Shown here: positions 19,316 through 28,691 of the stretch, piece by piece
How the letters are laid out: each line of letters begins with the position of its first letter
Numbering within the stretch: position 1 is the first letter of the stretch
Virus record (IMG/VR): IMGVR_UViG_3300034117_001582
Coordinates: 186,001 to 250,000 of that record
Length of the DNA stretch: 64,000 bases
Reading direction: 5' to 3' (one strand)
Program-made: the position numbers and the translations under genes
The notes under the pieces: model-generated
What the model was told of the DNA's origin: nothing
The model's database searches: none
Seen by the model: the letters and a program-made list of their open reading frames with translations, nothing else

Positions 19316-20428
19316 ATGTCTAAAAAACTTTTAACATTACTTGCGGAAGAAATTAAAGAACAGGGGTTCGGTAGATATTTTCAAGACGCCATACTACCAA
19401 GCGGTCAAAGAATAGGAGACGTTAAAAGTGTTGACTTAGCGACTAGTAAACCAATCGATATCACTATTTCAGACACAGAAGATTTACCAAGCGACACAGA
19501 AGAATTACCAAATGAAGTTAAAGACGAGGAAGATGTGATTTTTCAAGATATTGTAAAAGACTCTGAAAAATCAATTGGTACTAAATATTGTTATGGTGGT
19601 AATGATCCAAATGAAGGTATAGATTGTAGCGCGTTTATGTTATATTATTACAAAAAGTACGGAATAGACCTACCAAGAAGCGCTAATAGTCAATATAATG
19701 CGTCTAAAAAATTTGACAATAAGGATAACTTAAAAGTTGGTGATTTAATCTTTTTTGAAGGAACACAAAAAGCATTACCTGATGGTTCCGCAAGTCATGT
19801 GGGTATGGTTCATAAAATACACCCTGACGGAAAAATAGATATGATTCATGCGAGCAGTAGTAAAGGAGTTATAATTCAACCGAATGTTTTTGGAAAAAAC
19901 TATTACAAAAAACATTTTTTAAGTTTTGGAACGTTTAGAAAAGGTATATCCCCCAAAAAAGTTGAAGACAATAAGATATTAGGTGGAAATACAAATTTAA
20001 AAAAACAAAAATTTATTTACCCATTACCAAAAAAAGTTAGATTGTCATCTCCATTTGGGCCTAGAGGGGGAAGACATCATAATGGTGTTGACCTTGCTTG
20101 TCCTGGTAATACAGAAGTATATTCGGTTGCTGATGGGAAAGTGGTTAGGGCAGACATTAAAGACTATGAAGGTTACGGTAATTTTATAATTGTTAAACAC
20201 ATCTTAAATGGTGAAACCTTATATTCAGGATATGCCCATTTAACTAAAATGTTGGTAAGTGTTGGTGATGAAGTTAAACAAGGACAATTAATTGCGAAAT
20301 CTGGTGGATCACAGGGTATGCGTAACGGTGCAGGTAATTCAGAGGACCCACATTTACATTTTGAAATTAGAAAAAGTCAAACGGGTGGACCCATTAATCC
20401 AATACATTTTATAGACGACATTAAGTAA
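19316..20428 (+). CDS. NlpC/P60 + M23 dual-domain peptidoglycan endopeptidase
   Basis: GIDCSAF...LPRSA...GDLIFF...HVGM...MIHAS; HNGVDL...YAHL...STG-like SEDPHLHFEI; TATTTAT at 19305-19311. Confidence 0.92.
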   Translation: MSKKLLTLLAEEIKEQGFGRYFQDAILPSGQRIGDVKSVDLATSKPIDITISDTEDLPSDTEELPNEVKDEEDVIFQDIVKDSEKSIGTKYCYGGNDPNEGIDCSAFMLYYYKKYGIDLPRSANSQYNASKKFDNKDNLKVGDLIFFEGTQKALPDGSASHVGMVHKIHPDGKIDMIHASSSKGVIIQPNVFGKNYYKKHFLSFGTFRKGISPKKVEDNKILGGNTNLKKQKFIYPLPKKVRLSSPFGPRGGRHHNGVDLACPGNTEVYSVADGKVVRADIKDYEGYGNFIIVKHILNGETLYSGYAHLTKMLVSVGDEVKQGQLIAKSGGSQGMRNGAGNSEDPHLHFEIRKSQTGGPINPIHFIDDIK

Positions 20429-20541
20429 GTTATAAGTTAATCGTAGACACTAAAAATAGACATACACATTGGCGGTATATTAAAAAAGGTTAATATTTGG
20501 GTGTGTATCGGCTATTATAAATATTATTTTACTTTATTTTT

Positions 20542-20572
20542 TTTGTATTTTACAGAAAGTTATGTATCTTTG
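20542..20572 (+). promoter_or_regulatory. Bacteroidetes housekeeping-type promoter (-33 TTTG, -7 TATCTTTG)
   Basis: TTTG 20542-45, 19-nt spacer, TATCTTTG 20565-72. Confidence 0.75.
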
Positions 20573-20587
20573 TTTTAAATAAACAAA

Positions 20588-20941
20588 ATGAAAGATATGG
20601 ACAAAATTCAAAAAGAAGCGGCACTTTATAAAGACTTACCAACTAAAAAATTAAAAAAAGCGATTCGTAGTTATAAATCTTTAGCATTTTCTAATTCAGA
20701 TATTTTTAATTTTCTGTACACCTTAGTTATTATGGTTGGGACTGCGGTGTTGATTTCAGGGTTTAATTTAGTCCTTCTGTTAGTAGTTGGTTTAGTTCAC
20801 TACTTATTTTTTTGGGTGTACTTACACAAATACAAAAAATCTAAAATTGTAAGTGATAAGGACAAAGAAGAAATTGATGAGATTATTAAAATTTTAGAAT
20901 CTCACCTTAAAGAACAAGAAACAAAAAACCCCTCCGTATAG
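20588..20941 (+). CDS. Small membrane protein with two TM helices
   Basis: Hydrophobic FLYTLVIMVGTAVLISGFNLVLLLVVGLVHYLFFWVY; upstream host-type promoter. Confidence 0.75.
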   Translation: MKDMDKIQKEAALYKDLPTKKLKKAIRSYKSLAFSNSDIFNFLYTLVIMVGTAVLISGFNLVLLLVVGLVHYLFFWVYLHKYKKSKIVSDKDKEEIDEIIKILESHLKEQETKNPSV

Positions 20942-20956
20942 AAGGGGTTTCTTTTT
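20923..20956. terminator. Bidirectional terminator between convergent genes
   Basis: AAACCCCT-ccgtataga-AGGGGTTT flanked by A and T tracts; nearly the same as the element at ~42741-42770. Confidence 0.75.
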
Positions 20957-20972
20957 ATTAAAAGATAATATA

Positions 20973-21512
20973 TTAATTTCCAGTTCTTCTATATCTACTG
21001 TCAAGACCCTTTAACGCTAACGCCAATCCAGCAAATACCATTGCAACTGTAACAGGACCTGTGTATCTCTCTAATCCCGCCATATGATTTAAATCATGTA
21101 ACATAGAGGTTATTTGAGACTCCGAGTAACCCATAAATTCACCTAAAGAGAGTACCGCACCTGTCGCTGACATCCCAAGGCCACCACGCATCATCATTTT
21201 TTCTCTTCTTGATGCTCTTCTTGAAGATAAATCCTCATCGTCTTCATAAATGTTTTCACTTACATTGTTTTCCGACTTTTCTACTTTTCTTTCAAGTGTA
21301 TTTATTTCTCTTGATGAAAGGTCAGATAATACCTCATCTTTAAGGAACTCTGAAATTTTTCTAATTGCATCTTGTTTGGTCATGTCAGAGTCGTCTTCAT
21401 CATTAAAGTCCATTCTCATTTCCATTCCCATATCGTTTTCAGTGTCTTCAACAATTCTTTTAATAAGACTTGTTAATTGTGATTCTGTTAATCTAATTTT
21501 TTTAATTGCCAT
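20973..21512 (-). CDS. LTESxL-leader protein with C-terminal hydrophobic segments
   Basis: MAIKKIRLTESQLTSLIKRIVED; GLGMSATGAVLSLG and VTVAMVFAGLALAL segments. Confidence 0.75.
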   Translation of the reverse strand: MAIKKIRLTESQLTSLIKRIVEDTENDMGMEMRMDFNDEDDSDMTKQDAIRKISEFLKDEVLSDLSSREINTLERKVEKSENNVSENIYEDDEDLSSRRASRREKMMMRGGLGMSATGAVLSLGEFMGYSESQITSMLHDLNHMAGLERYTGPVTVAMVFAGLALALKGLDSRYRRTGN

Positions 21513-21558
21513 TTTTTTATTTTTTTATTTTTTTATTTTTTATATTATAAATATATTG

Positions 21559-21999
21559 TTATTTCAAAAATCTTAATTTATAAAGTGTTGAATTAATTAA
21601 CTCACAAACAGTATCAATTTGATTTTGTATGTATGAGTCTTCACAACAATCTCTTAGCCCCTCAACTTTACCACAAAGACCTTGTAAATATTTAATAGTT
21701 GATTCAGTACTTTTATACCCCTCAATGTCGTAAGATGTATAACCACCAATAATACCGTATTTTCCTTGGAATGACTCAACCAATCCATCAACTATACCAT
21801 CAATACCTTCATAATATTTTTGAAGTGCTTTGTGTTCTGAATATGAGTCTGTTTGTAGGTGTAAGGTATGTGTTTGCGTTCTTGAGTGAAGTAATAATGA
21901 TATCATCTCTGCAAACTCACCATTTTTACCTTCTTTTTGTTCAGACATCAATCTTGATGTATTGAAACCTTTTCTAATTAATTCTTTTTTTGTTATCAT
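21559..21999 (-). CDS. Ferritin-like (DUF5856-type) protein
   Basis: HTLHLQTDSYSEHKALQKYYEGIDGIVDGLVESFQGKYG four-helix pattern; preceded by a short ..LMSEQ leader. Confidence 0.7.
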   Translation of the reverse strand: MITKKELIRKGFNTSRLMSEQKEGKNGEFAEMISLLLHSRTQTHTLHLQTDSYSEHKALQKYYEGIDGIVDGLVESFQGKYGIIGGYTSYDIEGYKSTESTIKYLQGLCGKVEGLRDCCEDSYIQNQIDTVCELINSTLYKLRFLK

Positions 22000-22035
22000 A
22001 ATGATAAATATATCTATTTTTGTATTTATATAAAT

Positions 22036-22629
22036 ATGTTACTAAAAGAAGAAATATCACGAATAAAAAAAATAATGAATTTATCTGAAGGGTTATTTGA
22101 TAATTTTAATATTTCAGATTTTAAAAAAATGGATCCACCATCAAATGGTAGTAAAGAAACCAAAAAAGAAATAGACTATTTAGAAGATATTGACGTTGAC
22201 TCATTATTTGTTCAAGAAAAAGATGATATGTTGGGTAACTTTATAAAGTTTTTAGATGGTAAGAAATTAAAATACGATAAAAAACAACTTAAAAAGATAT
22301 ACGACGACTCATACCATATCGTTAAAGAACTAAAAAATCATTTTAAAAGACCAAGACCATTTGATTTAAAACCAAAATTAAAAGACGAAGTTACAGATTC
22401 AATGGAAGGGTTTGCATATCCATCAGGACACTCAACAACATCCTATCTTTTATGTTACGTTTTAAGTGAATTATACCCGAAATATAAAAAAGACTTTGAA
22501 AAAATTGCAGAAGATATTGTTTTTTCAAGACAAATGGCTAAAGCACATTACCCGTCAGACATTAAATTTGGTAAAAAGTTAGCGAAAAGTATGTTTAAAC
22601 ATTTAAAAGATGGTGATTTAATCCATTAA
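22036..22629 (+). CDS. PAP2-superfamily phosphatase with leader
   Basis: KNHFKRPRP, YPSGH and SRQMAKAHYPSD motifs; MLLKEEISRIKKIMNLSE leader; TATTTAT at 22023-22029. Confidence 0.88.
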   Translation: MLLKEEISRIKKIMNLSEGLFDNFNISDFKKMDPPSNGSKETKKEIDYLEDIDVDSLFVQEKDDMLGNFIKFLDGKKLKYDKKQLKKIYDDSYHIVKELKNHFKRPRPFDLKPKLKDEVTDSMEGFAYPSGHSTTSYLLCYVLSELYPKYKKDFEKIAEDIVFSRQMAKAHYPSDIKFGKKLAKSMFKHLKDGDLIH

Positions 22630-23178
22630 GTTGGTAATAACCTCTTCTTGGAAGAAGTATTTAACCTGATGTATATCCTCCCCTAACTCATTTTGTAGTC
22701 TAATCTCTTTTTTTTCATCGTATCCAGCAAACTCATCATCAGAATCGTATGTTTGGTACCCGTTTGACTCCAAAACAAAATCAATCTCTGTTAGGTTTTG
22801 ATTTTTATCGGTAACTATAACACCAACCCATTCCTCACCATGCCATTTTACCGACCCATAGTGTAGGATTTCGTCTGTTAATATGTCGGAATAGTCATAT
22901 TTGAATGAAAATTCACTACCATCACGTAAATAAGTGGTATATTCCTCACCTTCTTTATCCTCAAAATCAGGTGTTTTACCTTCAAAATCGGTGTTTTTAG
23001 GGTTAAAATCACCTTTTTTACCCCCATTTAACCACTCTGAATAGCGATTTAAGGTCATTTTTTCCTCATTTTCAAGGTTTTCATACCCAATTTTACCTAT
23101 TTTTTCTAATATTTGGTCTATTTCTTGGGTGTTTTCGACCAAAAAACGGTATTGAGACTCTGTAATTATGATTTTCAT
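22618..23178 (-). CDS. MKIIITE-leader protein with a DUF6576-like helical motif
   Basis: MKIIITESQYRFLVE then EIDQILEKIGKIGYENLENEEK. Confidence 0.65.
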   Translation of the reverse strand: MKIIITESQYRFLVENTQEIDQILEKIGKIGYENLENEEKMTLNRYSEWLNGGKKGDFNPKNTDFEGKTPDFEDKEGEEYTTYLRDGSEFSFKYDYSDILTDEILHYGSVKWHGEEWVGVIVTDKNQNLTEIDFVLESNGYQTYDSDDEFAGYDEKKEIRLQNELGEDIHQVKYFFQEEVITNLMD

Positions 23179-23235
23179 ACAAATAAATAGTCTTTTTTGT
23201 TGGTTTTTACTTAAAAAAGTAGTATTTTAGCGTAT

Positions 23236-24510
23236 ATGTTAGTAGAAAAACTTAAAAATATTCCAAAAAGTAGTGGTTGTTACCTTTTTAAAGACAAAAA
23301 AGGTCAAATTATCTATGTTGGTAAGGCAAAACACCTCCCAAATAGGGTAAAATCGTACTTTTCTAACAAAAATCACACAAGTAAAACCAAATTATTGGTA
23401 GAAAACGTGTCAGATGTGGATTTTTTGACCACTTTAGACGAAAATTCGGCACTTGTGCTTGAAAATGACCTAATTAAGACCCATAATCCCAAATTTAACA
23501 TTAAATTAAAGGACGACAGGTCAAAAAAATGGTATCTAACCCTTACAAATGGTGATTTTCCACGTTTAGAAGTTAAAAATGACACAAGTTTAGACTCAGA
23601 CCCCCTAATTGAAGTACCAAGTAGTAGTTTATGTCATGAAATGTATGATTTATTACATGATATCTTTAATTTACGTTCATGTTCTTATGAATTAACACCC
23701 GAAAACATTGAAAATAACAAGTTTAAAGTGTGTTTAGAGTCCCATATGGGTCGATGTGACGCCCCATGTGTATCAAACATCAATAAATTTATCTATCGTG
23801 AGGTAATAACTGAACTAAAACAGGTAGTTTCATTCAACTTTGACCAACTACGAAGTAAATTAATTCGTAAAATGAACGCTTTTAGTAAAAATATGGAGTT
23901 TGAGAAGGCAAATACCATCAAATTTCGACTAAATGCACTTGATAAGTATGAAAAATGTGTAGAATCCGCAAGAATTGGTGGTTATTTGGTGATTGCCGAC
24001 GAGTTCAAGACTACTTTTGGGTTACAAAACGCCCCAATTGACATAGAAATGTATGATAACTCCCATACTGCGGGTGATTGTCAGGTATCTGCCCTTGTTA
24101 GATATACAAATGGTAGGAAGAACACGTCAGAATACCGTAAGTTTAACATTAAAACGGTTGAGGGTCCTGATGATTACGCATCATTTGATGAGGTTTTACG
24201 TAGAAGGTTTACCAGATTACTTAAAGAACGTGGAAAACTACCTGACATGGTAGTAATCGATGGTGGTAAGGGTCAATTAGGGGTGGCAAAGAGGGTTTTT
24301 GAGGAACTTTCACTACTTGATAAGGTAGATTTACTATCTATTGGTAAAAACTCGTCTCACAAGTCAGATACTGTCCACTTTTGTGGCGGAAATAGTGTTA
24401 AATTTGAAAATTCTAAGTTTTTTAACCTACTTGGTACTATACAAGATGAGGTTCACAGGTTTGTTATTACTTTTCACCGTAAAAAACGAACAAAAACTAT
24501 GTTTAATTAA
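23236..24510 (+). CDS. uvrC: UvrC-like excinuclease (GIY-YIG + UVR + RNase H-like domains; no C-terminal HhH)
   Basis: GCYLF...IIYVGKAK.L.NRVKSYF; IEMYDNSH; YRKFNIK...DDYA...RRF; PDMVVIDGGKGQL; QDEVHRF, then ends. Confidence 0.93.
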   Translation: MLVEKLKNIPKSSGCYLFKDKKGQIIYVGKAKHLPNRVKSYFSNKNHTSKTKLLVENVSDVDFLTTLDENSALVLENDLIKTHNPKFNIKLKDDRSKKWYLTLTNGDFPRLEVKNDTSLDSDPLIEVPSSSLCHEMYDLLHDIFNLRSCSYELTPENIENNKFKVCLESHMGRCDAPCVSNINKFIYREVITELKQVVSFNFDQLRSKLIRKMNAFSKNMEFEKANTIKFRLNALDKYEKCVESARIGGYLVIADEFKTTFGLQNAPIDIEMYDNSHTAGDCQVSALVRYTNGRKNTSEYRKFNIKTVEGPDDYASFDEVLRRRFTRLLKERGKLPDMVVIDGGKGQLGVAKRVFEELSLLDKVDLLSIGKNSSHKSDTVHFCGGNSVKFENSKFFNLLGTIQDEVHRFVITFHRKKRTKTMFN

Positions 24511-24546
24511 AAAAACTCCATCTCTTAGTTTGAAATGGGGTTTAAA
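24509..24546. terminator. Bidirectional terminator-like hairpin
   Basis: AAACTCCAT...ATGGGGTTT between convergent genes. Confidence 0.5.
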
Positions 24547-24550
24547 TTGT

Positions 24551-24844
24551 TTAATCTCTTGGGAAAACAGTACTTTTTACTTTAACTCCCTTTGGTAATT
24601 CAAAAGTTTCGGGTCTTTGACTTTCAATACGTTTATATTTTTGAACAGGAAAATTATAATTTAGTTTATTTAACTCCATCATGTATTTAATACCGTGTTC
24701 TTTGATTCTATTGATAACATCATCAACCAATTCGGTTTGTTTGTTATATGAAACACCATGAACCATTTCAAGATCATAATTTGATTCATTAATAACAAGG
24801 TTTGTTATTCTTTTTATCTCCGATTCTGTAATTCTTCTACTCAT
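24551..24844 (-). CDS. ITESEI-leader hypothetical protein
   Basis: MSRRITESEIKRITNLVINES. Confidence 0.75.
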   Translation of the reverse strand: MSRRITESEIKRITNLVINESNYDLEMVHGVSYNKQTELVDDVINRIKEHGIKYMMELNKLNYNFPVQKYKRIESQRPETFELPKGVKVKSTVFPRD

Positions 24845-24853
24845 ATTTTAATA

Positions 24854-26131
24854 TTATATTCCTAATTCAGATAAATCGATGTCATCATCATCTTCATCCG
24901 GTAATGCCTCTTTATATGCTTGTCTTTTTAGGTCGTTTACAATCCCATCAACCAATCTTTGGATGAATTGTTTACCCTTAGGGTCATCATTTAAGATTAA
25001 TTGAGCAATTCTAAAGAATTCTTTAGCATCAAGTGCCGAAAATCGCATAAATAGGTAATGTTGGATGTGTTTTTTGTCTTCATCAAACAATTCCATAGGG
25101 TAAGTTGCCATAAACTTCTCCCAAAAGATAGGACCAAGTCTTGAATCCCATATTTCAGAAGGTAATGTGTCTTCTGCGTTTAAAATCATCTCTTGTTGTT
25201 TTGGATCATCAGGTAAACCATGTGTTCCAAAGATTTCATACACACCTTTTACTAATTCATGCACCAATAATGGGAATGTAACCGCCTTAGCCCTTACTGT
25301 TGGTGGGTCTGTCTCTTCATCAACCTCTGATTGACCCATTTGACCACCGCCACCGCCAGCCATTCCTTCCATGTCAGGGAATATCCAATACGCATGTTCC
25401 ATTAATGCTTGTGATACCCCATAAAGATTTAATAAACTTGGGTCCATGTTGTTTAATTCTTTTGAAACTAACACATACATATGACCACCTTTAAATGCTG
25501 CCCCCTGAATAAGGGAATTAATAAATCTTCTTTTGGATCTTTCCAAATTAAAGTTTTCCATATCACCCATAAACTCTTCAATCTCTTCTTCAGATGGTAA
25601 TTCAGGTTCAGATTGCATTCCTTTAGCGGCACCCATAGGTTGCATTACAAGTTCAGCTTTGAATTGCATTGCACCTTCAGGAATACCCATCTCTTTTTTA
25701 ACAAGTTTGATAGCAAGTTGTTCCAACTCTTCTTTATTTCTCATTTGAATACCGATGATTTGTTGCATTGATTGCATTACGGTCATCATTAATTGATTAA
25801 GAGGATTATTTCCTTGAATTACTCTTGTGTTACCCATGTATCTATTTACTTTCTCTACAGAATCTTTAAATCTCTTAGATGATATTAATTCAATAAAGTC
25901 TTTATCCATCTTTGGGATAGCAGGGAAGTTATGGTAAGGGGTTTCCTTACCTGTTATCTTTCTTTCAATACCCGGTTCCATTCTTTCAGGCCCTTCATAA
26001 TCAATAGGGGCTTCATTAAGTCTGGTACTTATCGATGCCAACCTATTCATTTCAACATTGTTCAAACCCTCAAGAACCAATTTAGCTCTTAAGTGTTCTC
26101 TTTCTTTTTTAAGTGTGTTTAAATTTCTCAT
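24854..26131 (-). CDS. 425-aa hypothetical protein, Met/Gln-rich and helical
   Basis: Long ORF; ..LVLEG and ..LNEAP near the N-terminus; LLVHELVKG motif. Confidence 0.75.
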   Translation of the reverse strand: MRNLNTLKKEREHLRAKLVLEGLNNVEMNRLASISTRLNEAPIDYEGPERMEPGIERKITGKETPYHNFPAIPKMDKDFIELISSKRFKDSVEKVNRYMGNTRVIQGNNPLNQLMMTVMQSMQQIIGIQMRNKEELEQLAIKLVKKEMGIPEGAMQFKAELVMQPMGAAKGMQSEPELPSEEEIEEFMGDMENFNLERSKRRFINSLIQGAAFKGGHMYVLVSKELNNMDPSLLNLYGVSQALMEHAYWIFPDMEGMAGGGGGQMGQSEVDEETDPPTVRAKAVTFPLLVHELVKGVYEIFGTHGLPDDPKQQEMILNAEDTLPSEIWDSRLGPIFWEKFMATYPMELFDEDKKHIQHYLFMRFSALDAKEFFRIAQLILNDDPKGKQFIQRLVDGIVNDLKRQAYKEALPDEDDDDIDLSELGI

Positions 26132-26505
26132 TAGTTTTCACTCATATCAATTCCTAATTCATCAAATGATAACCAACTTGGCATTCTTCTTTCATTTTCA
26201 GCTTTAGGATTTTTTTTAGGTCCTGGTTTAGGACTATACGGAGTATCCGGGTTTTTAGGTTTTGTTGGAGTGTCGACATCAGGTCTAACAGGAGTTTCAA
26301 TTTCTCTATTTGATTCAACATCAAAGTCAATTCCGTCATATTCATAATCAACGTTATCTAATACGTCAATGTCTTCATCGTTCATAACATCAAAGTCCAC
26401 ATCCTCTTCCATTGGTACTTCTTTTTGTTCTGAAATTACTCTACCTCTTTCATATCCAAAAAGATATTTCATTTCATTTAATTCGTTTACTACGTTTTTT
26501 TTCAT
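26131..26505 (-). CDS. Leader-bearing acidic/Pro-rich hypothetical protein
   Basis: VVNELNEMKYLFGYERGRVISEQ; TATTTAT upstream. Confidence 0.7.
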   Translation of the reverse strand: MKKNVVNELNEMKYLFGYERGRVISEQKEVPMEEDVDFDVMNDEDIDVLDNVDYEYDGIDFDVESNREIETPVRPDVDTPTKPKNPDTPYSPKPGPKKNPKAENERRMPSWLSFDELGIDMSEN

Positions 26506-26541
26506 AACTACGTTTTTTATATAAATATATGGTTATTAAGA

Positions 26542-27015
26542 TTAAATCTCTTTAATGTTAGTTATATCATCACTAGACACATCACTGTCGTACACATCTT
26601 CATTAATAATTCGACCATCCCAATATTCATATTCACTAATAGTTCCCATATCATAAAGAACTGATTTTGTTAATGGTATATATGAAGAAACCTCACTAAG
26701 GTATGTTACGGTTTTATATAAAGTGATTTCTTCATCATGAGTAACCTCATAGTTTTTTAATGTCGGTCTTTCAATATTAACATCAGGGTTATTAAAATCG
26801 GGGTTATTTAAATATAACATAATAAAAAATCCCCATATTTCGTAATTAGTATTAGTAATACTAAAATATTTTAAAGCATCATCAATAATAGTTATAACCT
26901 CAGCGGCATATGCATCGTGTTCGTTAATTTCAACACCCTCCTCTTCAAATTTTTCACGCATAGAAGATAGTATCAACCTTAATACACCATCAGACATGTT
27001 ATTAAAATTTGCCAA
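26542..27015 (-). CDS. Acidic hypothetical protein (TTG start)
   Basis: ORF track; TATTTATAAATA upstream. Confidence 0.65.
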   Translation of the reverse strand: MANFNNMSDGVLRLILSSMREKFEEEGVEINEHDAYAAEVITIIDDALKYFSITNTNYEIWGFFIMLYLNNPDFNNPDVNIERPTLKNYEVTHDEEITLYKTVTYLSEVSSYIPLTKSVLYDMGTISEYEYWDGRIINEDVYDSDVSSDDITNIKEI

Positions 27016-27038
27016 ATTTTTTATTTATAAATACTTCG

Positions 27039-27332
27039 TTAATCTAAATCTTTATCCACCAAATAATATTGGTACCCCAATGAATAATACATAAAGCTTC
27101 CTTTTGATTTTAAAATAAGATTTAATTTTTCTTTTTCAGATGTTTTTACACCAACAATAGTTTTACCTTGTGGTAATTTTCTTCCTGGATGAGTATTTAA
27201 TACATCTTGTATTGGTTCCAAAAAGTATTTTAATTTTTTAATTAGAGTTTTTTTATCTCCAACAACACCAATGTCGTATTTTTTGCAAAGTGATTTGATT
27301 TCTAATACATCTAATAGTTCTAAATTTTCCAT
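27039..27332 (-). CDS. Small protein with a SAP-like N-terminal motif
   Basis: LDVLEIKSLCKKYDIGVVGDKKTLIKKL. Confidence 0.55.
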   Translation of the reverse strand: MENLELLDVLEIKSLCKKYDIGVVGDKKTLIKKLKYFLEPIQDVLNTHPGRKLPQGKTIVGVKTSEKEKLNLILKSKGSFMYYSLGYQYYLVDKDLD

Positions 27333-27355
27333 ACCACAAAGATAAGTAAAATAAA

Positions 27356-27673
27356 TTATTTAAACAAAGAAGATTTTGTTCTTATTAAATTATCAACCGC
27401 AATTTGAGCATCTTTTTGATTTGCATATATCTTTGTAAGGTCATTAAACTTAGAATCTCTGAATCTTTCGTCATCTCTAGCGTCCTTTGGTAATTTAACC
27501 CCTTTACTTTTCCAAGTATATTTAATTTTATATTTACCAAACCCTTCAGGAGTTACTTGAAATTCAGGTAGACCATTATCTTCGGTATCTTCCATTAAGA
27601 ACTTTTTATTCAAATACCTTTCTTCGGCAATAGCATTAATTGATTGAATAACTTTTTGTTTTCTATTCCACAT
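27356..27673 (-). CDS. Hypothetical protein
   Basis: ORF; TATTTAT upstream; ..FLMED junction. Confidence 0.65.
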   Translation of the reverse strand: MWNRKQKVIQSINAIAEERYLNKKFLMEDTEDNGLPEFQVTPEGFGKYKIKYTWKSKGVKLPKDARDDERFRDSKFNDLTKIYANQKDAQIAVDNLIRTKSSLFK

Positions 27674-27739
27674 ACTTTTTTTTTAATAAATAGTTTTACT
27701 ATATGAATAATAATGATTAAAATTAAAAAAACAAAAAAC

Positions 27740-28165
27740 ATGAAGAAAGTATTAAGTGACAGTACCGTGACTGTTAATTACACGGGTAGATTAGAAGATG
27801 GGACAATTTTTGATTCTTCTACGGTTGAGGGTAGAGAACCTATGACCACAAAATTAGGTCAGGGACAACTTATTAAAGGATTTGAAGAAGGTCTTGTTGA
27901 TATGTCTGAGGGCGATAAAAAAACGGTTGAGATTGAAAGTGCCGAAGCGTATGGTGAATATTTGGATTATTTAATTCAGGAAGTTGAAAAATCACAAATG
28001 CCAGGTGAGGTTGAGGTTGGAATGCCACTTCAAGCACAAACAGAAATGGGAGTTGTTCAATTTGTGGTTAAAGAAGTTAAAGGCGAAACTATCGTTTTAG
28101 ATGCTAACCATCCGTTAGCGGGTAAAAAACTTATCTTTGATTTAGAAGTAGTTTCTATCGACTAA
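27740..28165 (+). CDS. fkpB: FKBP-type peptidyl-prolyl isomerase, SlyD/SlpA-like with insert-in-flap domain and no His-rich tail
   Basis: VTVNYTGRLEDGTIFDSS...GQGQLIKGFEEGL...AEAYG...LDANHPLAGKKLIFDLEV; start set at MKKV after an A-rich tract. Confidence 0.9.
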   Translation: MKKVLSDSTVTVNYTGRLEDGTIFDSSTVEGREPMTTKLGQGQLIKGFEEGLVDMSEGDKKTVEIESAEAYGEYLDYLIQEVEKSQMPGEVEVGMPLQAQTEMGVVQFVVKEVKGETIVLDANHPLAGKKLIFDLEVVSID

Positions 28166-28200
28166 AAAAATAACCCCCTCATTAATTTGGGGGGATTTTA
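28164..28200. terminator. Hairpin at convergent gene ends
   Basis: CCCCC 28174-78 / GGGGGG 28189-94 with flanking A and T tracts. Confidence 0.55.
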
Positions 28201-28592
28201 TAGTATAGCAGATAATCAACATTATTTCTTCCAAATTCAATAAACCCAAATTTATCGTATAACTTTTTTGCCTTATTATTTATTAAATCGCAGTTTAGGT
28301 ATATGTATTCTATTTTTTGAATTTTACAAAATTTGACAGTTTCATTTAACAAATTAGTACCAAACCCATTTCCTCTGTATTTTTCATATACGTTAAACTT
28401 AAAAACATATATTGAATTTAATATATTGAATGGGACGTTTAATTTACTTTCTAAAATTTCTGACGTGTTAAAATTAATATCTAAAGACGCATCAAAATTA
28501 GTAATAAATAAAGAACCTATTTTTTCAGTGTTGTAAACGTATAGTTCAAGACCACCGTATGAATTAATATTTCCTGATTTACCAAAGTTCAT
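28182..28592 (-). CDS. GNAT acetyltransferase
   Basis: FNVYEKYRGNGFGTNLL...N.KAKKLYDKFGF. Confidence 0.85.
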   Translation of the reverse strand: MNFGKSGNINSYGGLELYVYNTEKIGSLFITNFDASLDINFNTSEILESKLNVPFNILNSIYVFKFNVYEKYRGNGFGTNLLNETVKFCKIQKIEYIYLNCDLINNKAKKLYDKFGFIEFGRNNVDYLLYYKIPPN

Positions 28593-28611
28593 ATTTTAAA
28601 AATAATAATCT

Positions 28612-28691
28612 ATTAAAAAAAATAAACCCCCATTGGTAGCGACACTGATGGGGGTTTTATATAGCCGTTGCTATATCGGTCCTAAGCCGTA
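28612..28691 (-). ncRNA. Three-hairpin 3' element ending in a terminator (candidate structured RNA)
   Basis: Minus strand: CGG-CTTAGGA-CCG; ATATAGC-AACG-GCTATAT; AAACCCCCAT-14 nt-ATGGGGGTTT, then a T tract. Confidence 0.4.

Noticed and set aside
23236-28165. Bacterial chromosome origin of the window (uvrC, FKBP, GT2, LpxH)
   Set aside because: These are isolated genes among mostly unknown, leader-tagged ORFs with no housekeeping operons. A large virus fits better, although hallmark viral genes lie outside the window.
28677-28689. Twister ribozyme-like CGGTCCTAAGCCG core
   Set aside because: The loop is one base short of the usual AAGC arrangement, and the GA-GGG pseudoknot partner and UAA cleavage strand are not found.
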